Source: a virus
Taxonomy: Duplodnaviria; Caudoviricetes
Strand: one strand, 5' to 3'
IMG/VR virus record: IMGVR_UViG_3300032243_001021
Coordinates: 1 to 35,181 of that record
DNA length: 35,181 nucleotides
This document shows positions 1 through 7,559 of the stretch, piece by piece (positions within the stretch are counted from its first letter, which is position 1; the number at the start of each line of letters is the position of its first letter). The translations under genes and the position numbers were made by a program. Under the pieces are notes generated by a model. That model was given only the letters and a program-made list of their open reading frames with translations, was not told the DNA's origin and searched no databases.

Positions 1-248
1 CCCTTTCCGGCTTGGCTGATGTCCTGGCAGGGGAATCCACCGCAAACAATGTCGGCTGAATGTGGCTCGGGGTTGAAGGTGCAGATGTCGTCATGGCAGG
101 GCACCGCAGGCCAGTGCTTCGCCAGCACCCGCTGGCAGAACGGCTCCCGCTCCACGAACTGCACGGTTTCGATCCCACCAAGCCAGCGGGCCGCCAGCGA
201 GAAACCGCCGATCCCGCTGAAGGTGTCGATCATCCGCAGCTTCGCCAC
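1..248 (-). CDS. DNA cytosine-C5 methyltransferase, N-terminal part (runs off the left edge)
   Basis: Manual translation from GTG at 248: MAKLRMIDTFSGIGGFSLAARWLGGIETVQFVEREPFCQRVLAKHWPAVPCHDDICTFNPEPHSADIVCGGFPCQDISQAGKG. Contains motif I (FSGIGG) and catalytic motif IV (GFPCQDIS). Not in the ORF track because it is truncated. Confidence 0.95.
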   Translation of the reverse strand, partial: MAKLRMIDTFSGIGGFSLAARWLGGIETVQFVEREPFCQRVLAKHWPAVPCHDDICTFNPEPHSADIVCGGFPCQDISQAGK

Positions 249-254
249 AGGGGA

Positions 255-779
255 TCACTCCTCGTCGGCCACCGACTGACCAGCAGCATCACCAGTGGCA
301 GGTTTACGGCCCTTGCGGGGCTTCTTGGCTACGCCAGCCTCCACTGACACGTCCGGGTCCTCAGGGGCGGCTTCCTGGGCCTCCTGGGGGCCATCCTCAA
401 ACAGGACTGCATCGGCAGCCGCAGCCTCGGCAGCCGCAACCCTGTCCGGGTGGTTGGCCTCGGCAATGTCCATGTAGGCAACCGCCCGCTGGTAGTCCTC
501 ACGGCTCACCAGCTCAGACGGCAGGCCCAGGTATGCGACTTCCTCAGGGTCAAGCATCAGGAGTTCACCCGCAGCCACCGCAGCCGCAGTAACTGGGTCC
601 ATGCACTCATCCAAGAAGTCTTCGGTTTCCGTGCTCTCCGGTGGTGTCGCCGGTTCAAGCGGCACACCACCGTTGCCTTGCTCCCCCTTAGCCGCTTCCC
701 ACTCCTCATGGGTAACCAGCGTCGAGGACAGACCCAGCCTCTCCGCGTCCTTTGAGTTGACCATCTGGAGATCAGCCAT
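255..779 (-). CDS. Acidic hypothetical protein with an internal ~27-aa duplication
   Basis: ORF 255..845; start reassigned to ATG 779 (MADLQMVN), which overlaps the upstream stop. Two similar segments: LQMVNSKDAERLGLSSTLVTHEEWEAA and LLMLDPEEVAYLGLPSELVSREDYQRA. Confidence 0.7.
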   Translation of the reverse strand: MADLQMVNSKDAERLGLSSTLVTHEEWEAAKGEQGNGGVPLEPATPPESTETEDFLDECMDPVTAAAVAAGELLMLDPEEVAYLGLPSELVSREDYQRAVAYMDIAEANHPDRVAAAEAAAADAVLFEDGPQEAQEAAPEDPDVSVEAGVAKKPRKGRKPATGDAAGQSVADEE

Positions 780-996
780 TGCAGCAGTGCAGATCAATGG
801 CTCCAACCCTAAGAGCATCCAGGGCGGAAGGCAGCTGCCCAGCACGGGCTAGTTCAAGCTCTCGCTGCAACGCTTCAACCCATTCCTCCGCATCCTGAAT
901 GGCCGCAGCTGATGCTCGCTGCACCTTCAGCCTGGCCAGCTTGCTGCGCTTCTCTCGCAGCATCTCCTCCAGCTCAACAACGGGATCACGCTTCAT
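772..996 (-). CDS. Small coiled-coil hypothetical protein
   Basis: MKRDPVVELEEMLREKRSKLARLK...; ATG at 996 overlaps the TGA of the upstream gene (ATGA coupling). Confidence 0.55.
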   Translation of the reverse strand: MKRDPVVELEEMLREKRSKLARLKVQRASAAAIQDAEEWVEALQRELELARAGQLPSALDALRVGAIDLHCCNG

Positions 997-1367
997 GCTT
1001 CTGCGAACTCCTTGCGGGCCAAAGCGAACAGGCTGCCCCCTGAGTTGGTCAGCACCAGGTCCGGGTCCAGCCGGTAGTAGCACTCCCCGGTGTTCCTGTC
1101 CCTGATCTGCCGCAGCAGGTCGTGCTTCTTCAATCGGGCAAGGCTGGCCCTGACATCCGAATCGAAGACCTGAAGCTCGTTCGCAATCCCAGCCGCAGTC
1201 ACCTGGATCCGACCGCTGTACGAGCTGGTGTGGGCCATCAAGGCCCAGATCACGGCAACGTCCCGCAGCTGCAGTTCCCTTTTGCCGACCAGCTCCGTGA
1301 CTCGCATTGCGGACTCGGTATCCACCATGGCAAATCGAGGCGTGTTGGCTTTGTCAACGGTTTTCAT
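993..1367 (-). CDS. Winged-helix DNA-binding protein (RepL/MarR-like), paralogue 1
   Basis: HTH-wing pattern VTAAGIANELQVFDSDVRASLARLKKHDLL...TGECYYRLDPDL; aligns by eye with 1432..1812; preceded by TCACCCGACA. Confidence 0.75.
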   Translation of the reverse strand: MKTVDKANTPRFAMVDTESAMRVTELVGKRELQLRDVAVIWALMAHTSSYSGRIQVTAAGIANELQVFDSDVRASLARLKKHDLLRQIRDRNTGECYYRLDPDLVLTNSGGSLFALARKEFAEA

Positions 1368-1379
1368 GGTTCGTGTGTC

Positions 1380-1417
1380 GGGTGATTGGGTGGGTGGTTG
1401 GGTGGGTGGTTGGGTGG
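1380..1417 (+). repeat. (TTGGGTGGGTGG)n tandem repeat with six GGG runs
   Basis: gggtgattgggtgggtggttgggtgggtggttgggtgg, read directly in the intergenic gap. Confidence 0.85.
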
Positions 1418-1431
1418 CGTCAGCTGGCTAC

Positions 1432-1812
1432 CTAGTCCATGGCCGCTTGGAATAACTGCCACAGGTACGCCTGTTTTGCCTTGGTGCTCGATGTCAGGTA
1501 CGGGTTCGGCAGGAAGTACCGGCCACCAGTCTCTGGATCCCTGACCGTCACCACCAGCAGCTCCTTCTTCAGCCGGGAGATCGACAGGCTGCAGTGGGTC
1601 GGCTGCATTGCCACGTCCTCCGCCAGCTGGTTCACCGTGACCTTGGCCTTGCCAGTCCGGTAGTCCGTGCAGTCCACGATCCGGAACAGCACCACCACGT
1701 CACGGGGCATCAACCCCCTTGGGCTCTTGCGAAGGGCTGCCCAGATCAGTGCCATCCCATTGGAATGCACCACACGGAAGTCCTCAAACGGGTCGGGGTT
1801 AGTACGCTTCAT
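1432..1812 (-). CDS. Winged-helix DNA-binding protein (RepL/MarR-like), paralogue 2
   Basis: VTVNQLAEDVAMQPTHCSLSISRLKKELLV...TGGRYFLPNPYL; same pattern as 993..1367. Confidence 0.75.
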   Translation of the reverse strand: MKRTNPDPFEDFRVVHSNGMALIWAALRKSPRGLMPRDVVVLFRIVDCTDYRTGKAKVTVNQLAEDVAMQPTHCSLSISRLKKELLVVTVRDPETGGRYFLPNPYLTSSTKAKQAYLWQLFQAAMD

Positions 1813-2274
1813 GGGTCAGAGCTAGTTCCTCTGGCAGTCCCGTCTCAACTCCCCCCTGCTGAACGCAACTCAGCGGGGGGAAGGGGGCTGTCCAACCAAA
1901 GTGTAGAACGATCTCCACATGGGTGCAGAACAACGCCTCCCACACCCGCCTAGGTCGAGATTCGCTTTAGATTCTTCAGTCATACAGGGGAGCAGGGCGA
2001 CCATCCACAGCCTGATCCCGTGGCTGCCCTTGCTTCGTTTGACGCCAGCCTTGACCCCCTTCGCCATTCCGTCGGCAGGGCCGAGGCGGGAGCGACACGA
2101 AGGGTGAAGCGGGCAAAATTCCTCCCGCCTCAACCCAACCGCCAGTCTGGCTACGGGCATCAAGGCCAAGCCCGCTTCGCGGGTGGCTAGCAGGGCCTCA
2201 GCAAAAGCTCCGCTCAGGGTGATGTCGGGAGGCAGAACCTGACGGCCGCCGATTCATCGGCCCTGCTGGTGGCA

Positions 2275-2445
2275 CCTCCAGCCGGTATCGCCAAGGCCGA
2301 TGGATCGGCCACCACTGCCAACGGGATCCTCCAGCCGGTATCCCTGCAGCCATGCAGCACTGCATCCCTGCATCCCTAGGTATCCCCTAGGTATCCACAC
2401 AGCACTGCATCCCTGCATCCCTGCATCCCTGCTTCCTGCACCCCT
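2275..2445 (+). repeat. Direct-repeat cluster: CCTCCAGCCGGTATC x2, (CCCTGCAT)n, CCCTAGGTATCC x2, CAGCACTGCATCCCTGCATCCCT x2
   Basis: The 15-mer is at 2275-2289 and 2328-2342; tandem CTGCATCC units lie at about 2360-2376 and 2405-2430. Confidence 0.85.
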
Positions 2446-2716
2446 ACAACACTTATTTCACCCGTTTCCCTGCTTTTTGGGTCGCATGGTGTGGGGGGGT
2501 GGAGCGCTAAGTGAGCGGCGGGAGCCCCCCCATACCCCCTGCGCGTTTCCTCTTACTCTGCAGCCTGGCCGGCGGCAGGGTCTGCAGGCTGCCGGGCTGG
2601 TCTGCAGCAGCAACCCTGTCCACCACTGGGCCGGGAGCGGATTGGCCATCCGCTGCCATGCCAATCGGTTGCGGTAGGGGGCCTGGTAAGTGTAAGCTGG
2701 GCAAATGCAGTCCTGC

Positions 2717-2750
2717 ATGAGTTTCATATAATTACGAATTGTAATAATTC
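2717..2750. promoter_or_regulatory. AT-rich island with a perfect TATAAT (+, 2727-2732), TACAAT (-, 2738-2743) and the inverted repeat ATTAC-N5-GTAAT; candidate divergent promoter or unwinding element
   Basis: A conspicuous AT-rich patch in a high-GC genome, lying between the divergent gene blocks. Confidence 0.5.
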
Positions 2751-2898
2751 CCAGCCCCGCACCCCATCGCTCCCACCGTAGGGACGTTGTTATGTCATGG
2801 TGTGAGTGGTTGCAGCGATGCAGCCATTCACCCGACACGATCCCTGTAGCCGGTGGCAGGTCACGGCACCGGCAACCCTTATCACCCGACAGACCTCA

Positions 2899-3183
2899 AT
2901 GGACATCAACGCCTCCCCTTTTGTGGACACCTTCCGCAGCCGTCCGGCTCCTGCTGGCATGACCCACGACAGCACCGCTGAAACGTGGTGTGTGTGGATC
3001 GCCTGCCCTAACGCAGCCGGGAACGGCTGGGAGGAGTGGCTGCCTTTAACTCGCTGGGATTACCTCAGCGCCGCTGCAGCACATGCGGTTGCCAAGGAAA
3101 ACCGGTCGCAGTGGCCGGGTCATCTACTTGCCGTCCGCCGTGGCAACGCAGGCCAGCCCCTGGCCACCGCTAGCAACGCTTGA
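2899..3183 (+). CDS. Early hypothetical protein
   Basis: Within ORF 2806..3183; ATG 2899 lies 7 nt after TCACCCGACA. Confidence 0.6.
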   Translation: MDINASPFVDTFRSRPAPAGMTHDSTAETWCVWIACPNAAGNGWEEWLPLTRWDYLSAAAAHAVAKENRSQWPGHLLAVRRGNAGQPLATASNA

Positions 3184-3248
3184 CGCCTGCCCACTTGCTC
3201 ACCCGCCGACCCGACACCCGACACCCGACCCCATCACCCGACACAGCC

Positions 3249-3419
3249 ATGTACGAAGTTTTCTGCACCATCACCGACGACCAAGGCAGCCGAGTGATAC
3301 CCACCGGCCACGCCCACTACCTGGAAGTCTGCGCATGGGACTGCGTTGCCCAGTTGCAGCGCAGCTATCCGCATGGCGAATTCTGGGCTGATTGGACAGC
3401 CCCGGCGTACCCGTACTGA
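3249..3419 (+). CDS. Early hypothetical protein (56 aa)
   Basis: MYEVFCTITDDQGSRVIP...; ATG lies 5 nt after TCACCCGACA. Confidence 0.65.
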   Translation: MYEVFCTITDDQGSRVIPTGHAHYLEVCAWDCVAQLQRSYPHGEFWADWTAPAYPY

Positions 3420-3529
3420 TCGCTACCACGGCCCGCCGGAAGCCGTCGGCGATTCATCGACCTTGGCCTAGGTGGCTCCCTGGTGAGCCCCTAGGCACCT
3501 ATTCACCCGACACCTACTCACCCGACACC

Positions 3530-3718
3530 ATGGGCCACTACCGAGTCCGCGCCACCATCGCCACCCGCTGCGGCGGTGAGCTTCTGGGACCAAAGCACGA
3601 CACCGAAGACGCTTTTTACGTCGGCGCCATGAGCGAGAGCGGCGCACGGGCAGCCGCCAAGGCCACCTGGCCCGCGATCCGCACGGTCCTGTCCGTTCAG
3701 GAGGTCTTCTGGGGATGA
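3530..3718 (+). CDS. Early hypothetical protein (62 aa)
   Basis: MGHYRVRATIATRCGG...; ATG follows two tandem TCACCCGACA copies; its stop overlaps the next ATG. Confidence 0.65.
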   Translation: MGHYRVRATIATRCGGELLGPKHDTEDAFYVGAMSESGARAAAKATWPAIRTVLSVQEVFWG

Positions 3719-4050
3719 ATACCACCACACCCACAGCAGCGCTCCACGGCTACCGGCCAGACGGACGCCCCAAGCAACACCACGAAGACGATTTAAGCCG
3801 GCCGATGCGGCCCAATCCCTGGCCAGACAACCCCAACGCCTACCCGTGCCCTTGGGGCTGCAATGGCACCGGCTCCATGCCTTGGTTCGCCCATATCGAA
3901 GGCGGCGTTTGTTTCAGCTGCCATGGCGAGGGTTGGATTCTCGGCCGAGGCCTTGCCGGTATCCCTCGCCGGTCTGGTAGCTCCATCACAGCCGCCGCGG
4001 GATCGCCGCGCCGTTGGCGGAAGGAAAACGGCCGCATCGTTCCGGCCTGA
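3715..4050 (+). CDS. Zinc-finger protein (DnaJ-like CxxCxGxG motifs)
   Basis: CPWGCNGTG...FAHIEGGVCFSCHGEG; ATGA-coupled to the upstream gene. Confidence 0.7.
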   Translation: MNTTTPTAALHGYRPDGRPKQHHEDDLSRPMRPNPWPDNPNAYPCPWGCNGTGSMPWFAHIEGGVCFSCHGEGWILGRGLAGIPRRSGSSITAAAGSPRRWRKENGRIVPA

Positions 4051-4126
4051 CGACAGCACGGAGGCCCCGCGGGGCTTCCCTGCTGCCCTCTGGCAGCAAC
4101 TCACCCGACACCTAGGAGTGCCACCC

Positions 4127-4624
4127 ATGGCCACCACCAACAACACCAACCACGCACAGGAGAACGCTCGCGGCCATTTGGAGCAGATCAGCCAGCTTCA
4201 CCGCCTGGCCGAGTGGGCCCAGGACGACAGCCAGCCAGCGTCAGAGCTGGCTTGGCCCGATCGGGCACGCCTCCGGGAGCTTGCCCCCAAAGGCGACGAT
4301 CTCAGCCCCTTCGCTCACCGCGGCCGTGATGGCCTTTTAGAGGCGATCGAGCAGGAAGCACGGGAGCAGCCCTTATCCATTGAGGTTAGGAGCGCCTGGC
4401 ATACTCCCGACGAGCAGCCGGACGAGCAGCTGGACGAGTGGCGGATCCTGCTCAGCACGGGCGGCCCAGCCCTCCGGCTGCGCGGCGACTTCGACCGCCA
4501 CGGGGAACCCACGGATCCGGCCATGGAATACCAGGACTGGGGAACCCCTTGGATCGAGGAAGACACCGACGGCGATCAGCAGGGGGCCCTCTGCTGGTTT
4601 GCCGGCCTGTTCTTCCCGTCCTAG
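4127..4624 (+). CDS. Early hypothetical phage protein
   Basis: ATG 4127 is preceded by AGGAG and TCACCCGACA; globular-looking C-terminal half PLSIEVRSAW...RILLSTGGPALRLRGD...EYQDWGTPW. Confidence 0.8.
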   Translation: MATTNNTNHAQENARGHLEQISQLHRLAEWAQDDSQPASELAWPDRARLRELAPKGDDLSPFAHRGRDGLLEAIEQEAREQPLSIEVRSAWHTPDEQPDEQLDEWRILLSTGGPALRLRGDFDRHGEPTDPAMEYQDWGTPWIEEDTDGDQQGALCWFAGLFFPS

Positions 4625-4705
4625 TCCGACCGCTGCACCGTGGCCCTGGGGGGACCCTCGGCCACCCTGCAGCGCTCACCCGCTGCCACTCACCCGACAA
4701 ACACC

Positions 4706-4966
4706 ATGCTGAGAACAAACGACCCATCCCTCTGGGGGCCCATAAGCGCACGGCAGCTAGTAGACCGCCTAGCGATCTCCCACAGCAGGGAACGCGACTA
4801 CTGCTCCCGCTGGGGCAAACGCTGCACCAATCAATACCTGGACAGCTTCCAGCAACTGTTTTGGCGGTTGGATGCAGGGCTAAACCTGGATCTCACCAAG
4901 ATCAAAGCGGAAGCCGCGGATACCGCCCGCTTGGTTCAGATCCAAGGCGTATGGGCTGATGCGTGA
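4706..4966 (+). CDS. Early hypothetical protein
   Basis: MLRTNDPSLWG...; ATG lies 6 nt after TCACCCGACA. Confidence 0.65.
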   Translation: MLRTNDPSLWGPISARQLVDRLAISHSRERDYCSRWGKRCTNQYLDSFQQLFWRLDAGLNLDLTKIKAEAADTARLVQIQGVWADA

Positions 4967-5174
4967 TTACTACAGCCTGAGCCGCCTACAGGCCCGCGCC
5001 CTGCGGCGCCTAGCCGAGGCCCACCTGCCCAGGCTTCAGGAATACCTGAAGACCCAGAGCCCAGCAACCCCCGCCCTATCGCTGGGGAGGGAACGGCCCT
5101 ATGTCGAGGCCCGCCTTGCGATTGACCGGATGCAGGACGCCATCAGGAAACTGCGGCGGATTGAAACGACATGA
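4959..5174 (+). CDS. Early hypothetical protein
   Basis: Overlap-coupled to the genes on both sides. Confidence 0.6.
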   Translation: MRDYYSLSRLQARALRRLAEAHLPRLQEYLKTQSPATPALSLGRERPYVEARLAIDRMQDAIRKLRRIETT

Positions 5175-5545
5175 CGCAAGCCGAAACCCTGGCCATGGCG
5201 GAGGCGATCGGCGCCTGTCGCCGGGCTGCCACCGCTGGGGGCCACGGGCTCCGAGTTCTGGAGCTGGAGATCCTGCTGCTGATTGCTGGTGGGGTTGATG
5301 CCGTGGGGGCCATCAACGCCGCCACCGGCAGCAGCAGGGTCCATGTATCCCGATCACTGCGGTTTCTCAGTGGTCGGGATACCAGTGGCTCAAACCAGCG
5401 GGGAGGAATCCGCTCTAGCCCGTTCCGGTTGATCGAGCACCGGAAACACCCGCACCGCCGCGGTTTTCAGTACCGGCTGACGGACGAAGGGGAGGCCATC
5501 TTTCCGTTCTTGGAAAGGTCTGGAACTCAGTCCGAATGGACCTGA
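5171..5545 (+). CDS. MarR-like winged-helix regulator
   Basis: LELEILLLI...INAATGSSRVHVSRSLRFL...HPHRRGFQYRLTDEG matches the MarR HTH and wing (R...LTxxG). Confidence 0.7.
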   Translation: MTQAETLAMAEAIGACRRAATAGGHGLRVLELEILLLIAGGVDAVGAINAATGSSRVHVSRSLRFLSGRDTSGSNQRGGIRSSPFRLIEHRKHPHRRGFQYRLTDEGEAIFPFLERSGTQSEWT

Positions 5546-5593
5546 TCTGATTAAATCACCGTTAGCCCTACATCACCACAACACCAACGCAAC

Positions 5594-5992
5594 ATGACCC
5601 AGTATGCGCTCCTGCCCGATGCCCTCGCCGCCCTGTACCAACAGCAGGGGGGCATTTCTGCATGTCTGCAGATGTATCCCGAATTGGCGCAACACCGCGT
5701 GTTGCTGCTGAAGCTGCGAGCTGCTGAAGCTGCGCTGTCCGATGCTGAGGAGAGGGTGCAGGCTGCCGCTGATGTGATGCAGGCCCTTGAGGAGGAGCTG
5801 CTGCACCGACTACAAGTGCAGGGGTACAACCCTCCTAGGCTGGTTCCTACGCACCTGCCTCGGTGGCTCACCCACCTTTCATGGAACTCGATCGCCTCGC
5901 TGCTGCGCTGGACTCCTTTGCAGCCCAACACGACGACCCCACCGCCGTCCCCCTCCACCACCTCCGACTGTTCATCGAGGTCGGACGGCTGA
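5594..5992 (+). CDS. Hypothetical coiled-coil protein (3' end overlaps the MarR gene)
   Basis: Helical N-terminal ~77 aa; C/A-rich leader ATCACCACAACACCAACGCAAC before the ATG. Confidence 0.5.
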   Translation: MTQYALLPDALAALYQQQGGISACLQMYPELAQHRVLLLKLRAAEAALSDAEERVQAAADVMQALEEELLHRLQVQGYNPPRLVPTHLPRWLTHLSWNSIASLLRWTPLQPNTTTPPPSPSTTSDCSSRSDG

Positions 5993-6207
5993 ACGGACGC
6001 TGCACCTACCGGCAGCTCCAAGACGCCCTCAACCTGAACAACAGCAGCGTCAGCCGCACCGTCAACGCCCTGGGGGCCGAGCATCGCCGCGGCCGACCAG
6101 GGCTTGGCCTCCTTTCCCTAGCCCCAGACCCGGACGAGGGGCGGCGGAACCTCGTTGGCCTCACGCCCAAGGGCCTTGCCCTGATGCGCCAGCTGCAGAC
6201 CAGCTGA
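5881..6207 (+). CDS. MarR-family transcriptional regulator (cyanopodovirus-type gene upstream of int)
   Basis: CTYRQLQDALNLNNSSVSRTVNALG...DPDEGRRNLVGLTPKG; directly upstream of the integrase. Confidence 0.85.
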   Translation: MELDRLAAALDSFAAQHDDPTAVPLHHLRLFIEVGRLNGRCTYRQLQDALNLNNSSVSRTVNALGAEHRRGRPGLGLLSLAPDPDEGRRNLVGLTPKGLALMRQLQTS

Positions 6208-6239
6208 CCCCTGTCCACCCATCACCCGACACCCAGACC

Positions 6240-7283
6240 ATGACCACAACCACCGCCGGCCGTGTCCGGCAGACCCCAAAAGGATGGGTTGCCGATGTCG
6301 CCCAGGGCGGCCGGCGCCTCACCGCACTGCGATCCACCGAGAAAGAGGCTGCCGCGGCCCTGGTGGAGCTTCGCAAGAAGCTGGCAACACGCGCCACCGT
6401 GCCGGCCAGGGCCAAGGCTGCCATCAAGCCTCCGCCGAAAAGCTCCGCCGGTTTCACCCTCAACGAGGCCCGCACCCTGTCGCTGCGGATCCGGTGGGCC
6501 GGCACCGCCTACGAACGCACCGCGGCGATCTTCAGCCAGGCGGTCGTCGATTGGTTCGGTCCCGCCACCCAGCTGTCCGCAGTGAATGCGCCGCTGGTCG
6601 AGGCCTGGCGGCAGGAGTTGATTCGCAAGGGGAACCAGCCGGCCACCATCAACAAGAAGTGTTCGGCGCTGCGGGCGATGCAGTCCGACGCGATCCTCCA
6701 CGGGTTCCTCACCGAGGCGCCCCAGCTGCCAAAGCAGATGCGGTTGCGGAACCTCAAGGATCGGGTGATCGAGGATCACGAACGGGATCAAATGATTGCC
6801 CTGTTCCTGCAGTGGGAGCAGCCGGTGGCCGCTGATCTGTTGGTGTGGCTGCTGGAAACCGGCTGCCGCTGGGGGGAAGCCGAGGGGCTGGCCGGGGGAG
6901 ACGTGGATCTGACCGCTGGCCGGGTCACGTTCTCCCAAACCAAGACGAACCGGCCACGATCGGTTCCGCTGACCAAGCGGGCCCAGGATGCAGTGCGCCC
7001 CCACCTCCCGGCGGTGCGGTCCCATCGCGTGTGGCCATACACCTACCGGCAGTTCCAGCAGCTGTTTGGGCGGGCCAAAAGCGTCATGGGCCTGGCCGAT
7101 GATGCGGCGTTCTCAATTCACACCTGCCGGCATACCTGCGCGTCCAAGCTGGCCAGCAAGGGGGTGAGCCAGGGGATGTTGATGGCCTGGGGGGGCTGGC
7201 GCAGCCTGGCAGCGGTGCAGCGATACATGCACCTAGGCACCGACGCCTTGGCCAGCTGCGTGGTGGCGCTCGAAGACCCATAG
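6240..7283 (+). CDS. int: Tyrosine integrase
   Basis: Catalytic set: ETGCRWGE (R), QTKT (K), HTCRH (HxxR), GGW (H/W position), VQRYMH (Y). ATG 6240 lies 8 nt after TCACCCGACA. Confidence 0.95.
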   Translation: MTTTTAGRVRQTPKGWVADVAQGGRRLTALRSTEKEAAAALVELRKKLATRATVPARAKAAIKPPPKSSAGFTLNEARTLSLRIRWAGTAYERTAAIFSQAVVDWFGPATQLSAVNAPLVEAWRQELIRKGNQPATINKKCSALRAMQSDAILHGFLTEAPQLPKQMRLRNLKDRVIEDHERDQMIALFLQWEQPVAADLLVWLLETGCRWGEAEGLAGGDVDLTAGRVTFSQTKTNRPRSVPLTKRAQDAVRPHLPAVRSHRVWPYTYRQFQQLFGRAKSVMGLADDAAFSIHTCRHTCASKLASKGVSQGMLMAWGGWRSLAAVQRYMHLGTDALASCVVALEDP

Positions 7284-7559
7284 GATGCGGATGCGTCTAC
7301 CTGCCCGCTGAAAAGGCCTTTTGGTCTGTTTGGTCTGCATCAAAACGTGCAGACTATGCAGACCTAAATTCTTGAAAAGCGTTCCGGTGACTGAAGGGGG
7401 CATGGCGGAATGGCATACGCAGCGGACTTAAAATCTGTTTTTTGACCCTGCATCCCTGCAGAACATCTGCGACAACTGAGTTTCTGGTCTGCATGTCGCC
7501 TTCTGCAGTGGTGCAGTAGAAATCCCAGGTCTGCACCAGGTCTGCATCGAGGTCTGCAT
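7284..7559. mobile_element. attP region with a tRNA-Leu core and arm-type repeats GGTCTGCA
   Basis: GGTCTGCA at 7332, 7486, 7528, 7539 and 7551, with inverted copies at 7348-7354 and 7356-7364, flanking a tRNA fragment between int and RNAP. Confidence 0.85.
7396..7435 (+). other. 5' half of tRNA-Leu(UAA) = attP core; not a complete tRNA
   Basis: GGGGGCATGGCGGAATGGCATACGCAGCGGACTTAAAATC: acceptor 5' strand, D-arm and anticodon loop CTTAAAA; no T-arm or 3' acceptor strand follows. Confidence 0.9.

Larger units (their letters stand above)
2828..6231 (+). repeat. Dispersed TCACCCGACA start-associated motif (8 exact copies in this span; also at 1376-1385 on the minus strand and at 13871-13880)
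   Basis: Exact copies start at 2828, 2882, 3234, 3503, 3518, 4101, 4690 and 6222. Confidence 0.9.

Noticed and set aside
1870-2838. Short ORFs in the control region
   Set aside because: Translations are low-complexity read-outs of DNA repeats and hairpins, with no coupling or start motif.
2828-4700. Repeats separated by unique sequence as a CRISPR array
   Set aside because: The repeat is only 10 bp, spacing is irregular and gene-sized, and there are no cas genes.
5787-6239. 151-aa N-terminal extension of the integrase given by the ORF track
   Set aside because: It overlaps the MarR gene in another frame; ATG 6240 follows the start-associated motif and gives a normal-sized integrase.
2828-7283. 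Integron (cassettes plus tyrosine recombinase)
   Set aside because: No RYYYAAC...GTTRRRY attC ends were seen, and the integrase has its own tRNA-type attP immediately downstream.
7396-7480. Complete tRNA-Leu gene
   Set aside because: Similarity stops in the anticodon stem; there is no GTTC T-loop or 3' acceptor strand.
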